From Algiphilus sp. (lineage in GTDB: Bacteria; Pseudomonadota; Gammaproteobacteria; Nevskiales; Nevskiaceae), in the NCBI RefSeq assembly GCF_965216485.1, contig NZ_OZ244162.1:865385-929384 (forward strand): DNA of 64,000 bases, written 5' to 3'. The notes under the pieces were generated by a model. It had not been told where the DNA came from. It saw nothing but the letters and a program-made list of their open reading frames with translations, and did not search any database. How positions within the stretch are numbered: position 1 is the first letter of the stretch; each line of letters starts with the position of its first letter. Both the position numbers and the translations under genes were made by a program. This document shows, in pieces, positions 39,576 to 48,886 of the stretch.

Positions 39576-40124
39576 ATGTCCCTGAAGCAACGTTTCGAAT
39601 CCGCCTCCCACGCCGCCGTGACGCGCGCCCAGCAATGGGGCGTACCGGTGGAGGAGCTGGAGCGCGTCGTCGATCAGCGCCTGCAGCCCTTGCTGGTCAA
39701 GCACCTGTCGCGTTTCGTGATTCCCTTCGTGCGTCGCTCCGGCGCGCGGGTGGTGGCATTGGAGCCGGGGCGCGTCGCGTGCCGCATGCCGCTGCGCGGC
39801 AACGTCAATCACATCGGCACGATGTACGCCGGTGCCCTGTTCACGCTGGCCGAATTCCCCGGCGGGCCGCTGATGTTGGCCACCTTCGGCATGCGCCGCT
39901 TCATTCCCATCGTGACCGCTCTCGACATGCAGTTCGTACGCGCCGCCAAGAGCGATGTCTCCGTCGAGCTAACGCTGAGCGCGGAAGAGGCCGAGCGCAT
40001 CGAGGCCGAGACCCTGGCCGAAGGCAAGTCAGAATTCGAGGTGCGCGGCGAGCTGAAGGATGCCCAGGGCGAGGTGGTCGCACTCAGCCGCGCGATCTAC
40101 CAGATGCGCCCCAAGCGCCGCTGA
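39576..40124 (+). CDS. Hot-dog fold thioesterase (YiiD C-terminal/DUF4442-like)
   Basis: Start moved to MSLKQRF. GNVNHIGTMYAGALFTLAEFPGG is typical of PaaI/DUF4442-type hot-dog proteins. Confidence 0.65.
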   Translation: MSLKQRFESASHAAVTRAQQWGVPVEELERVVDQRLQPLLVKHLSRFVIPFVRRSGARVVALEPGRVACRMPLRGNVNHIGTMYAGALFTLAEFPGGPLMLATFGMRRFIPIVTALDMQFVRAAKSDVSVELTLSAEEAERIEAETLAEGKSEFEVRGELKDAQGEVVALSRAIYQMRPKRR

Positions 40125-40150
40125 CGGCCGCTTCCCTCACCAGGCCCCGC

Positions 40151-41278
40151 ATGGACGAGACCGCGCCGCGCTATACCGTCTACAAGATGGATATCTCCTA
40201 CTTCAGCGGCAAGCTGGAGGCCTACCTGCGCAACAAGGGCATCGCCTATGCCGCGCAGGACGCGGATGCGCGCACCCTGGATCGCATCCATCGCGCAACC
40301 GGCGCCAAGAAGGTGCCGGCGGTGCAGATGGCGGACGGCCGCTGGCTGTTCGATACCACGCCCATGCTGGACTGGTTCGAGCAACAGCATCCGGAGCCCG
40401 CGCTGGCACCGGCCGATCCGGCGCTGGCCTTCGTCGCAGCGCTGATCGAGGACTATGCCGACGAGTGGCTCTGGCGCCCGGCAATGTGGTGGCGCTGGGA
40501 GCCGGTTCCCACGCGCCTCGCTCTCGGCTGGCGCATTGCCCAGACCGTGAATCTGCCCGCCGTGCACAAGGGCGTCTTCGCGCGCTACTTCGCGCATCGG
40601 CAGCGCCAGACCTGGTTGTGGGACGACGGTGTGGACGCAAGCAATGCTGAGGCGGTGCGCGCGGTCTACCTGCACGAACTCGACACCCTGCAGGCGGTGC
40701 TATCGCAGCAGGCCTATCTTCTTGGCGCGCGGCCGTGCGCGGCGGATTTTGGCTACTTCGCCTCGATGTTCCGGCACTTCGGCAACGACCCCGATCCGGC
40801 CGAGCACATGCGTCGCCGGGCGCCTGCGGTCTATGAGTGGCTTGCCCGTCTCTGGAACGGTTCCCCGCAGCGCTTTGCCGACGAGCCCGCCTGGCAGTGG
40901 CCGGAAGCGCAGCATTGGGCCGGATTATGGCAGCGGATTGCCCAAGACTACCTACCCTATCTGCACGCCAACGCCTGCGCCTATCGCGACGGCAGGAAGC
41001 GCTTTGATGTCGCCTGTGCCGCCTTTGCGCTCAAGGGCACGGTCACCCATCGCTACCGGGTATGGTGCCGGCAGGAATTGCAGCGCCGCTTTGCTGCCTT
41101 GGATGCCGGCGCTCAAGCACGGGTGGAGGCCCTGTTCGCGGCGCATGGCGGCCTGCGGGCCTTGCACGCTGACGGCGTGATCGACGCTGGCATGGGGGAG
41201 CACTTCACCTTGCCCAAGGCGGCCGGTGACTACCGGCCATCGCTACGCGTTGCCCTGATGGGTCAGCCGCGCGACTAG
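40151..41278 (+). CDS. Long glutathione S-transferase-like protein, paralog 2
   Basis: Start moved to MDETAPRY. VYKMDISYFSGKLEAYLRNKGIAY, LIEDYADEWLWRPAMWWRW and LLGARPCAADFGYF. Colinear with paralogs 1 and 3. Confidence 0.7.
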   Translation: MDETAPRYTVYKMDISYFSGKLEAYLRNKGIAYAAQDADARTLDRIHRATGAKKVPAVQMADGRWLFDTTPMLDWFEQQHPEPALAPADPALAFVAALIEDYADEWLWRPAMWWRWEPVPTRLALGWRIAQTVNLPAVHKGVFARYFAHRQRQTWLWDDGVDASNAEAVRAVYLHELDTLQAVLSQQAYLLGARPCAADFGYFASMFRHFGNDPDPAEHMRRRAPAVYEWLARLWNGSPQRFADEPAWQWPEAQHWAGLWQRIAQDYLPYLHANACAYRDGRKRFDVACAAFALKGTVTHRYRVWCRQELQRRFAALDAGAQARVEALFAAHGGLRALHADGVIDAGMGEHFTLPKAAGDYRPSLRVALMGQPRD

Positions 41279-41292
41279 GCCATCCAATGCGT

Positions 41293-41946
41293 TCAGGCTT
41301 TGTCTTGGGGCGGCGAACCGGCCTCGATGCGGCGGATCATGTCGTTGAACACGGCCACGCCGCGATCACGCGAAATGGCGCCGTCGCGCACCAGCTGGCG
41401 CATGCCCCAGAAGCCCATGACGATGATCCAGCTGAACACGCGCGCACTTTCGGTATCCAGGTCCAGTCGCTGCTGCGTCGGCTCCATCCAGACATTGCTG
41501 ATCATCGTGCGGATATTGCGGCGGATGCGGTCCAGCTCCGGCGAATCGCCGGCCGTGCCCGCCATCAATTCCCAAAGCGCGTCGCCGCGCCCCGGCGGCA
41601 TGTCGAGGGTGACCGACTCGGCGCTGACCACAGCCGCCTGCAACCCGTCCGGATGCGCGGCGATGGAGGCGCGCGTCCCCTCCATGACATCGTTGAAGAT
41701 GTGCCATGCGGTCTGCGCCACCAGAGCCTCGAGATTCGAGAAATGGTGATAGACCAGCTGGCGGCTGGTGCCCGCGCGTTCGGCCAGCGCACTCATCGAC
41801 AGGGCGGCCCAGCCGTCGTGCTCCACCAGATCGGCGGCGACCCCGAGCAGCATGTCGCGCCGGTTATCGTGGCTCAGATACTGCCGCTTGCCTTGAGCGG
41901 AGGAGGCGCTGTCACGGGCCTCGGCGCTGTGCTTGGGGGTCTTCAT
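41293..41946 (-). CDS. TetR/AcrR family transcriptional regulator
   Basis: Start moved to MKTPKH. HTH LSMSALAERAGTSRQLVYHHFSNLEALV. Confidence 0.85.
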   Translation of the reverse strand: MKTPKHSAEARDSASSAQGKRQYLSHDNRRDMLLGVAADLVEHDGWAALSMSALAERAGTSRQLVYHHFSNLEALVAQTAWHIFNDVMEGTRASIAAHPDGLQAAVVSAESVTLDMPPGRGDALWELMAGTAGDSPELDRIRRNIRTMISNVWMEPTQQRLDLDTESARVFSWIIVMGFWGMRQLVRDGAISRDRGVAVFNDMIRRIEAGSPPQDKA

Positions 41947-42129
41947 CGCGGCAAGGGTAATGGGCGGACGACGGCCTGTCGATTGCACCCATGCTGCGGC
42001 AGCGCGCCTCCGACCCGATCCCGGCAGGCGCATGGCCCTTCGTCGCAGACAGCGGCCAAATCATCAACACACACCGTGGCGCTGACTTAGCGAATGCGCC
42101 GCGCCAATTACGACCAAGACGAGAACACC

Positions 42130-43050
42130 ATGTCGTTACTGCCTTCCCCGCGCAGCGGGCACGCACCCGCCAACGGGTTGGAACTGGCCTTTGAAGACTA
42201 CGGCGATGCCACCGCCCCGACGGTGGTGATGATCATGGGGCTGGGCACCCAGCTGCTGGGCTGGCCGGAACCACTGATCGCCGAGTTGCTGGAACGCGGC
42301 TTCCGCGTGGTGCGCTTCGACAACCGCGATGTTGGTCTGTCCACCCGCTTGTCAGGGGCCAAGCCCACGGAAGATATCCGCCGCGCCTATTCCAAGTCCC
42401 TGATTGGCCTGCCGGTGCAGGCGCCTTACCGTCTGCAGGATATGGCGCAGGACACGCTGGGCCTGCTTGATGCGCTGCAGATCGAGCGCGCCCATGTGGT
42501 GGGTGCCTCCATGGGGGCGATGATTGGTCAGACGCTGGCCGGCAGCCATGCCGATCGTGTGGCAAGCCTGACCTCGATCATGTCCTCTAGCGGCCACCGT
42601 TGGCTGCGTCCCGGCGATCCGCGCGCCACGCTGCGCCTGTCGCAGCCCCCGCCGGCGCAGGACCCGGAGACCATCGCCCGTCACATGACCGAGACCATGC
42701 GCATCATCGGCAGCAAGCCGCATCTGGCCATGGACGATGCCCAGCGCTACGCCGAGCTCAAGCGTGCCGCTGAGCGTGCCTACTATCCCGCTGGCACGGC
42801 CCGGCAGCTGCTTGCCATCCTCGCCTCCGGCAGTCGGGTGGATCTGCTGCGACGCCTGCGTACGCCCACCTTGGTGCTGCACGGCGAGCACGATCCGCTG
42901 GTGCCCGTGACCCACGGCCGCCACACCGCGCGCTGCATTCCCAAGGCGCGGTTGGAGACTTTCGACGGCATGGGGCACGATCTCCCTCCGGCCCTCATGC
43001 CGCGCTTTGCCGACTTGATTGCCGAACACGCCGCCCAGGCGGTCCGCTGA
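42130..43050 (+). CDS. Alpha/beta hydrolase
   Basis: Nucleophile elbow HVVGASMGAMIG, a C-terminal LVLHGEHDPLVP...GMGHDLP catalytic His context, and VVMIMGLG near the N-terminus. Confidence 0.85.
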   Translation: MSLLPSPRSGHAPANGLELAFEDYGDATAPTVVMIMGLGTQLLGWPEPLIAELLERGFRVVRFDNRDVGLSTRLSGAKPTEDIRRAYSKSLIGLPVQAPYRLQDMAQDTLGLLDALQIERAHVVGASMGAMIGQTLAGSHADRVASLTSIMSSSGHRWLRPGDPRATLRLSQPPPAQDPETIARHMTETMRIIGSKPHLAMDDAQRYAELKRAAERAYYPAGTARQLLAILASGSRVDLLRRLRTPTLVLHGEHDPLVPVTHGRHTARCIPKARLETFDGMGHDLPPALMPRFADLIAEHAAQAVR

Positions 43051-43091
43051 GACCGCCGGGCGAGCGCATAACAGACCACGGGGAGACCACT

Positions 43092-44822
43092 ATGACGACA
43101 ACAATGAAGCGGATGGGCACACGGGGCGCGGCGGTAGTGCTGGCCGCACTGCTAGCGGCCTGCGGCAGCGAGCCGCCGAGCTTTACCGAGCCGGTGCAGA
43201 GCGTGGAGTCGCTGCGCGCGCACAGCACCGAATTCGAGAAGGGCGTGGTGCAGGTCACCGAGGGCGTGCACATGGCCATCGGCTACGGGCTGGCCAACTC
43301 CATCATGGTGGAGGGCGACGATGGGGTGATCATCATCGACACCATGGAAACCCTGGAAGAGGGGCGCGAGGTGCGCGAGGCCTTCCGCACGGTGGTGGAC
43401 AAGCCGGTGCGCGCCATCATTTACACGCATAACCACACCGACCACGTCTTCGGGGCCCAGGCCTTTGTCGACGAGGGCGTGACCCCCGAGGTCTTCGCCC
43501 ATGCCGACACCATGGACTACGTCTACCGGATCATCACCGAGTTCCGGCCCATCGTCACCCGACGCTCGATGCGCATGTTCGGCAATTACCTCGACGACGG
43601 GGTCGTGATCAACAACGGCATCGGCCCCTTCCTGGGCATCGGCCCGGACAGCGAGCTCGGCATCCTTCCGCCCACGCAGACCTTCGAGGACCGCATGAGC
43701 GCGGAAGTGGCGGGTGTGCGCTTCGAACTCGTCCACGCCCCCGGCGAGACCAACGATCAGCTCTTCGTCTGGTTCCCCGATCTGGGCGTGCTGGCACCCG
43801 GGGATAATCTGTACAAGACCTTCCCCAATCTCTACACCATCCGCGGCACGCCGTATCGCTCGCTCAAGGGTTGGGCGGAGAGCATCGACAAGATGCGCGC
43901 GCTGCCGATCGAGCACTTGGTGCCAAGCCATACGCGGCCACTGTCCGGCAAGGAGCAGATTCACCAGACTCTGACCGACTACCGCGACGGCATCCGCTTC
44001 GTCTACGACCAGACCGTGCGGCTGATGAACCAGGGCGCCACCCCCGACGAGATCGCCGAACAGCTGACCCTGCCGCCGCATCTCGCCGAGTCCCCCTATC
44101 TGCAAGAGTTCTACGGCACAGTGGAATGGTCGGCGCGTTCGGTCTTCGCCGGCAATCTCGGCTGGTTCGATGGCAACCCATCGCAGCTCCAGCCGCTGTC
44201 ACCCGGAGATCATGCCGCCCGCATGGCCGACCTGGCCGGCGGCAAGGCCGCCCTGCGCGACCAGGTCCTGGCATCCGCCGAGGCCGGCGATCACCAGTGG
44301 GTGCTACAGCTGTCGGACCACGCGCTGCGGCTCTACCCCGACGACAGTGCAATCACGCAGGCCCGCATCGACGCGCTGACCCATCTCGGGGAACAGTCCG
44401 CCAACCCCAATGCGCGCCACTACTATCTGACGAGTGCACTGGAGCTGCGCGGCCTGGAGATTCCGGTACTCAGCAACGCTGGCGACGAGATGCTGGCCCG
44501 CTTCCCGCTGTCGCGCTTTTTTGCCGCCATTCCGGTCAATCTTGATGCCGCGGCAGCGCTGGAGCTCGACCAGAAAGTGGGTTTCAGCTTCACGGACTCC
44601 GACGAGACCTTCACCATCTGGGTCCGGCGCGGCGTCGCCGAGGTGCGCGACACGCTGATGGAGGACCTCGACATCCACGTCGCCGTGGACTCCCTCGTGT
44701 TCAAGCAGATGCTCGCCCAGCAGCGCAATCCGGCGGTGACCATTGCCAAGGACTTCGAGTACCGCGACGGAGGGCGCGTGGCCTTTGCACGCTTCATGCG
44801 ACTCTTCATGCCGCCGGAATAA
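43092..44822 (+). CDS. Alkyl/aryl-sulfatase, MBL-fold type III (SdsA1/YjcS/Bds1-like), lipoprotein
   Basis: Lipobox LLAACGS. IIYTHNHTDHVFG (HxHxDH), followed by the dimerisation domain and an SCP2-like C-terminal domain, as usual for this family. 576 aa. Confidence 0.85.
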   Translation: MTTTMKRMGTRGAAVVLAALLAACGSEPPSFTEPVQSVESLRAHSTEFEKGVVQVTEGVHMAIGYGLANSIMVEGDDGVIIIDTMETLEEGREVREAFRTVVDKPVRAIIYTHNHTDHVFGAQAFVDEGVTPEVFAHADTMDYVYRIITEFRPIVTRRSMRMFGNYLDDGVVINNGIGPFLGIGPDSELGILPPTQTFEDRMSAEVAGVRFELVHAPGETNDQLFVWFPDLGVLAPGDNLYKTFPNLYTIRGTPYRSLKGWAESIDKMRALPIEHLVPSHTRPLSGKEQIHQTLTDYRDGIRFVYDQTVRLMNQGATPDEIAEQLTLPPHLAESPYLQEFYGTVEWSARSVFAGNLGWFDGNPSQLQPLSPGDHAARMADLAGGKAALRDQVLASAEAGDHQWVLQLSDHALRLYPDDSAITQARIDALTHLGEQSANPNARHYYLTSALELRGLEIPVLSNAGDEMLARFPLSRFFAAIPVNLDAAAALELDQKVGFSFTDSDETFTIWVRRGVAEVRDTLMEDLDIHVAVDSLVFKQMLAQQRNPAVTIAKDFEYRDGGRVAFARFMRLFMPPE

Positions 44823-44865
44823 GCATCCGGCACAGGCGGGCAGCGCTCACGGAGAAGATGAATCA

Positions 44866-45228
44866 ATGGAACACAGCCCGGAATTCCTCGCCCTGGTCGA
44901 TGCCGCACGGGCGCGCATCCGTGAAATCGACGCCAGCGAACTGGCTGTGCGGCTGACCGATGCGCCAGACGCGGCACTGATCGACGTGCGCGAGGAAAGC
45001 GAGTACGCCGCCGGCCATGTACAAGGCGCCGAGCACATCGGCAAGGGCGTCATCGAGCGCGACATCGTCGCCAAGCACCCCGACAAGACCCAGCCCCTGT
45101 ATCTGTATTGCGGCGGCGGCTACCGCTCCGCGCTGGCCGCCGACGCGCTGCAGCAGATGGGCTACACCCACGTGGTCAATGTCGATGGCGGCTGGCGCGC
45201 GCTGCGCGAAATCATGCCCACTGAATAG
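44866..45228 (+). CDS. Rhodanese-like domain protein
   Basis: About 120 aa. LIDVREESEYAAGHVQGAEHI and the active-site loop LYCGGGYRS. Confidence 0.85.
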   Translation: MEHSPEFLALVDAARARIREIDASELAVRLTDAPDAALIDVREESEYAAGHVQGAEHIGKGVIERDIVAKHPDKTQPLYLYCGGGYRSALAADALQQMGYTHVVNVDGGWRALREIMPTE

Positions 45229-45252
45229 CGCGCATCGGCTTGCCGTGGCGGA

Positions 45253-46167
45253 TTATTCCGGCAGCGGGATGAACTCCGCCTCGTCGCCCGGCACCTTGGG
45301 GAATCGGCCCGCCTTCCAGTCGGCCTTGGCCTGCTCGATGCGTTCGCGCCGGCTGGAGACAAAATTCCATTCCATATGGCGCGGACCCAGTCGTTCGCCG
45401 CCGATGATGGCGATGCGGCTGGCCTCCAGGGCTTCCACTTCGATGCCTGCCTGGGCTTCGAAGATGGCCATGGCGTGGGCGGGCAGGATGGAGTCCCGCG
45501 CCTTCAGCTGGCCGCTGGCAACGTAGAGGGCGCGCTCTTCGGCTTCGGGCAGCAGCAGACGCTGGCCCGGTTGCAGGTCGGCCTCCACGTAGAGCGTGTC
45601 GGCATCGGCGCGTACCGGCGAACGCAGCCCGTAGGCGGCGCCCATCATGACGCGCAGGGCGACGCCGTCGATCTCGGTGCGCGGGAGCGCCTCGGAGGGA
45701 TAGTGCAGAAAGGCGGGCTCACACTCTTCCATGGCTTCCGGTAGCGCCAGCCACAGCTGCAGGCCGTGGATGCGCTGCGGATGCGCCGTGACCTCCGGGC
45801 GTTGACGCTCGGAATGTACGATGCCGCGGCCGGCCACCATGAGGTTGAGGTCGCCCGGGCGGATGACCTGCTCGCTGCCGAGGGAGTCGCGATGCAGCAT
45901 TTCACCCTCGAACAGATAGGTCACCGTTGCGAGATTGACGTGCGGATGCGGCCGTACATTGATGCCGGCGCCGGCGGGCAGGTCGGCCGGGCCCATGTGG
46001 TCGAAGAAGACCCAGGGCCCCACCTGCTTGCGGCCCACGGTCGGTAGCACGCGTCGCACCGAGAAACCGCCGAGATCCTTGTCGCGTGGCTGGATGATGC
46101 GCTCGATGGCGCCGCAGCCCTGCGCGACCTCACATTCCAGCTCCAGTTCTTTGGTGGCGTTGCTCAC
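45253..46167 (-). CDS. Pirin family protein (long form)
   Basis: Cupin motifs RPHPHVNLATVTYLFEGEMLHRDSLG and HSERQ. 304 aa. Confidence 0.9.
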   Translation of the reverse strand: MSNATKELELECEVAQGCGAIERIIQPRDKDLGGFSVRRVLPTVGRKQVGPWVFFDHMGPADLPAGAGINVRPHPHVNLATVTYLFEGEMLHRDSLGSEQVIRPGDLNLMVAGRGIVHSERQRPEVTAHPQRIHGLQLWLALPEAMEECEPAFLHYPSEALPRTEIDGVALRVMMGAAYGLRSPVRADADTLYVEADLQPGQRLLLPEAEERALYVASGQLKARDSILPAHAMAIFEAQAGIEVEALEASRIAIIGGERLGPRHMEWNFVSSRRERIEQAKADWKAGRFPKVPGDEAEFIPLPE

Positions 46168-46219
46168 GTGGATTCCCTCATGGTGATGGCATGGCGCATA
46201 GCATGCCCTGGATAGGAAG

Positions 46220-46245
46220 ATTGGGGCCGGATGGCCGGCCCCAAT
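46220..46245 (-). terminator. Strong hairpin between the isochorismatase-family gene and the downstream pirin gene
   Basis: Perfect 11-bp inverted repeat ATTGGGGCCGG-atgg-CCGGCCCCAAT, 17 nt after the 46262 stop. No T-run follows. Confidence 0.45.
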
Positions 46246-46261
46246 CGGTTACTGCATCACC

Positions 46262-46876
46262 TTAGGCAGTCAGCTTGCTGTAGGAGGTGATCAGGTTGCG
46301 GTAGTCCGGGATGTGGTTCGAGAACAGCGCGCCCAGGCCCTCGACATCGTTGCGCCAGTCGCGGTGCAGTTCGCAGGCGACGCCAAACCAGGTCATCAGC
46401 TGCGCGCCGGCCTCGGCCATGCGGTTCCAAGCTGCATCGCGGGTCATTGCATTGAAGGTGCCGGAGGCGTCGGTGACGATGAAGACGTCATAGCCTTCCT
46501 GCAGCGCGGACAGGGTGGGGAAGGCGACGCAGACTTCGGTCACCACGCCGGCAATGATCAGCTGCTTCTTGCCGGTGGCCTTCACCGCCCGCACGAAGTC
46601 CTCGTTGTCCCAGGCGTTGATCTGGCCAGGACGGGCGATGAAGGGCGCATCCGGGTAGGCCGCCTTGAGCTCCGGCACAATGGGGCCGTTCGGGCCGTCC
46701 TCGAAGCTGGTGGTCAGAATGGTGGGCAGCCGGAAGTACTTGGCCAGATCGGCCAGCGCGAGCACGTTGTTCTTGAAGGTGTCCGGCTGGATATCGCGCA
46801 CCAGTGACAGCAGGCCGGCCTGATGGTCAACCAGCAGGACTGCGGCATCTTCCTTGTTCAATCGCTTGTAGCTCAT
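46262..46876 (-). CDS. Isochorismatase-family hydrolase (YcaC-like)
   Basis: Start moved to MSYKRLNKEDAAVLLVDHQ. Motifs LIIAGVVTEVCVAFP and DVFIVTDASG. Confidence 0.9.
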   Translation of the reverse strand: MSYKRLNKEDAAVLLVDHQAGLLSLVRDIQPDTFKNNVLALADLAKYFRLPTILTTSFEDGPNGPIVPELKAAYPDAPFIARPGQINAWDNEDFVRAVKATGKKQLIIAGVVTEVCVAFPTLSALQEGYDVFIVTDASGTFNAMTRDAAWNRMAEAGAQLMTWFGVACELHRDWRNDVEGLGALFSNHIPDYRNLITSYSKLTA

Positions 46877-46956
46877 GTTTCCCCTTTGTGGTGGTGTGAA
46901 AGACCGGCGTGCCGGCGGTTCGCCGCTTCGGGCGGTACCGCCGGCCGCCGGAGGCT

Positions 46957-47823
46957 TCAACGCGGCCGTCCCAGACGCCCGCTGTTGAAGTCGTGGATGG
47001 CTTCGCGGATCTCGGCCTGACTGTTCATGACGAAGGGGCCGTAGCCGACCACGGGCTCATCGAGTGGCTGTCCGCTCAGCACGAGCACCTTGGCGTCGGC
47101 ATTGGCTTCCAGCGTGAAGTCCTGCCCGGCCTGAGTCAGCGCGGCCATCTGTCCCGCGCGCACGATGGCGTCGTCATTGACCTGCAGCGTGCCGTCCAGG
47201 GCCACGATGAGCAGGGTGTGAACCTCCGGAACCTGCAGCGCCGCTCGCCGATCCCGCTTCAGGCGCAGATCCCAGACGTCGACCGGCGAGAAGGTGCGGG
47301 CGGCACCGCGCTGGCCGTCCACCTCACCGGCAATGACGCGGATTTCACCGGCGTCCTCGGCAAGCTTGACCACCGGGATGTCGGCCGCCCGCAGGGCCTG
47401 GTAAGCCGCCGGGGCGCGCTTGTGCGCCGCAGGCAGATTCACCCAGAGCTGCACCATCTCGAAGGGCCCGCCCGAGGCGCTGTAGGCCTCCGAGTGGTAT
47501 TCCTCGTGCACGATGCCGTCGCCGGCCGTCATCCACTGCACATCGCCGGGGCCGATGACACCACCGCCGCCGCTGGAGTCGTGGTGCGCCACTTCGCCAG
47601 CGTAGACGATGGTCACCGTCTCGAAGCCGCGATGCGGATGCGCCCCCACGCCGCGGGGCTCGCCGGTGTTCGGCTCGAAATGGGTCGGGCCGGCGTAATC
47701 CAGCATGAGGAAGGGGCTCACCGGCACGCTGCGCGTGTCGTAGGTGAACAGAGACCGCACCGGAAAACCATCGCCCACCCAGTGCGGTGCGGGCGCGTTG
47801 TAGACGCCAATGATTGATTTCAT
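46957..47823 (-). CDS. Pirin family protein
   Basis: Start moved to MKSIIGVY. Motifs HPHRGFETVTIVYAGEVAHHDSSG and VHEE, plus a C-terminal pirin domain. Confidence 0.9.
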   Translation of the reverse strand: MKSIIGVYNAPAPHWVGDGFPVRSLFTYDTRSVPVSPFLMLDYAGPTHFEPNTGEPRGVGAHPHRGFETVTIVYAGEVAHHDSSGGGGVIGPGDVQWMTAGDGIVHEEYHSEAYSASGGPFEMVQLWVNLPAAHKRAPAAYQALRAADIPVVKLAEDAGEIRVIAGEVDGQRGAARTFSPVDVWDLRLKRDRRAALQVPEVHTLLIVALDGTLQVNDDAIVRAGQMAALTQAGQDFTLEANADAKVLVLSGQPLDEPVVGYGPFVMNSQAEIREAIHDFNSGRLGRPR

Positions 47824-47910
47824 ATCGATCTCCGGTTGCGTCGCGTGCCCCATGCCCGCGACAGCAGAACATGCTATTTTTGGAACGCGGAAAGCGCTAG
47901 ATGGGGTAAA

Positions 47911-47927
47911 TGCAACTAACCGTTGCA
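47911..47927. promoter_or_regulatory. Inverted repeat in the pirin/LysR divergent promoter (candidate LysR site)
   Basis: TGCAAC-taacc-GTTGCA, 18 nt upstream of the LysR GTG start. Confidence 0.25.
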
Positions 47928-47944
47928 ATAATGGAACAATAGCT

Positions 47945-48850
47945 GTGCAGGATCTGAACGACCTCTCCTACTTCGTGCATGTGGTGGATCACGGCGGTTT
48001 CGCGCCGGCGGCCGCCGCCCTGGGCATGCCCAAATCCACCCTGAGTCGGCGCATCGCCCGACTGGAAACGGCGCTTGGGGTGCGCCTGCTGCACCGCTCC
48101 ACGCGCCGGGTGACGGTCACGGAACTCGGCAAGAGTTACTACCAGCGCTGCCGCGCCATGCTGATCGAGGCCGAAGCGGCACAGGAGCTGATCGAACAGA
48201 GCCGTTCGGAGCCCTGTGGTCTGGTGCGGATTACCTGCCCGGTGGCCATGCTCGACATGAATATCGGCGCGATGCTCGCCGACTACCTGGCGCGCAATCC
48301 GCGGGTGGCGATGCAGCTTGATGCCACCAACCGTCGGGTGGACGTACTGGCCGAAGGCGTGGATGTCGCCATCCGGGTCCGGCCGCCGCCGCTGGAGGAC
48401 AGCGAACTGGTGTTGCGCGTCCTGGGCGAGCGTCGGCAGTGTCTGGTGGCCAGCCCTGCGCTGCTCGCGGCGCATGCCACCGTGACGCACCCCGGGGAAC
48501 TCGATCGCCTGCCGAGCATCGGGCTGGGCACCACCCTTCCGGAATGCCGCTGGCGTCTGCTCGGGCCGGAGGGTGCCGAGGCACTGGTGGAACACCAGCC
48601 GCGTCTGATGACGCGCGACATGTTCGCCGTGCGCCGCGCCGCCGTGGCCGGCGTGGGGGTGGCGCAGCTGCCCACGATGATGATGCGTCAGGAGCTTGCC
48701 GAAGGCGCGCTGGTGCGCGTCCTGCCCGAGTGGGCGCCACAGGCGGAGATCATCCATGCCGTGTTTCCCGCCCGGCGGGGGTTGCTGCCTTCCGTGCGCA
48801 CCCTCATCGACGACCTCGTCAGCGCCTTCGCGGCCCTCGACGATGACTGA
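47945..48850 (+). CDS. LysR family transcriptional regulator
   Basis: GTG start. HTH LSYFVHVVDHGGFAPAAAALGMPKSTLSRRIARLETALGVRLLHRSTRRVTVTELG. Divergent from the pirin cluster. Confidence 0.9.
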   Translation: MQDLNDLSYFVHVVDHGGFAPAAAALGMPKSTLSRRIARLETALGVRLLHRSTRRVTVTELGKSYYQRCRAMLIEAEAAQELIEQSRSEPCGLVRITCPVAMLDMNIGAMLADYLARNPRVAMQLDATNRRVDVLAEGVDVAIRVRPPPLEDSELVLRVLGERRQCLVASPALLAAHATVTHPGELDRLPSIGLGTTLPECRWRLLGPEGAEALVEHQPRLMTRDMFAVRRAAVAGVGVAQLPTMMMRQELAEGALVRVLPEWAPQAEIIHAVFPARRGLLPSVRTLIDDLVSAFAALDDD

Positions 48851-48886
48851 GGCCCAGCTGCTGCCTGCCGGCGGGAGCGCCACCCC

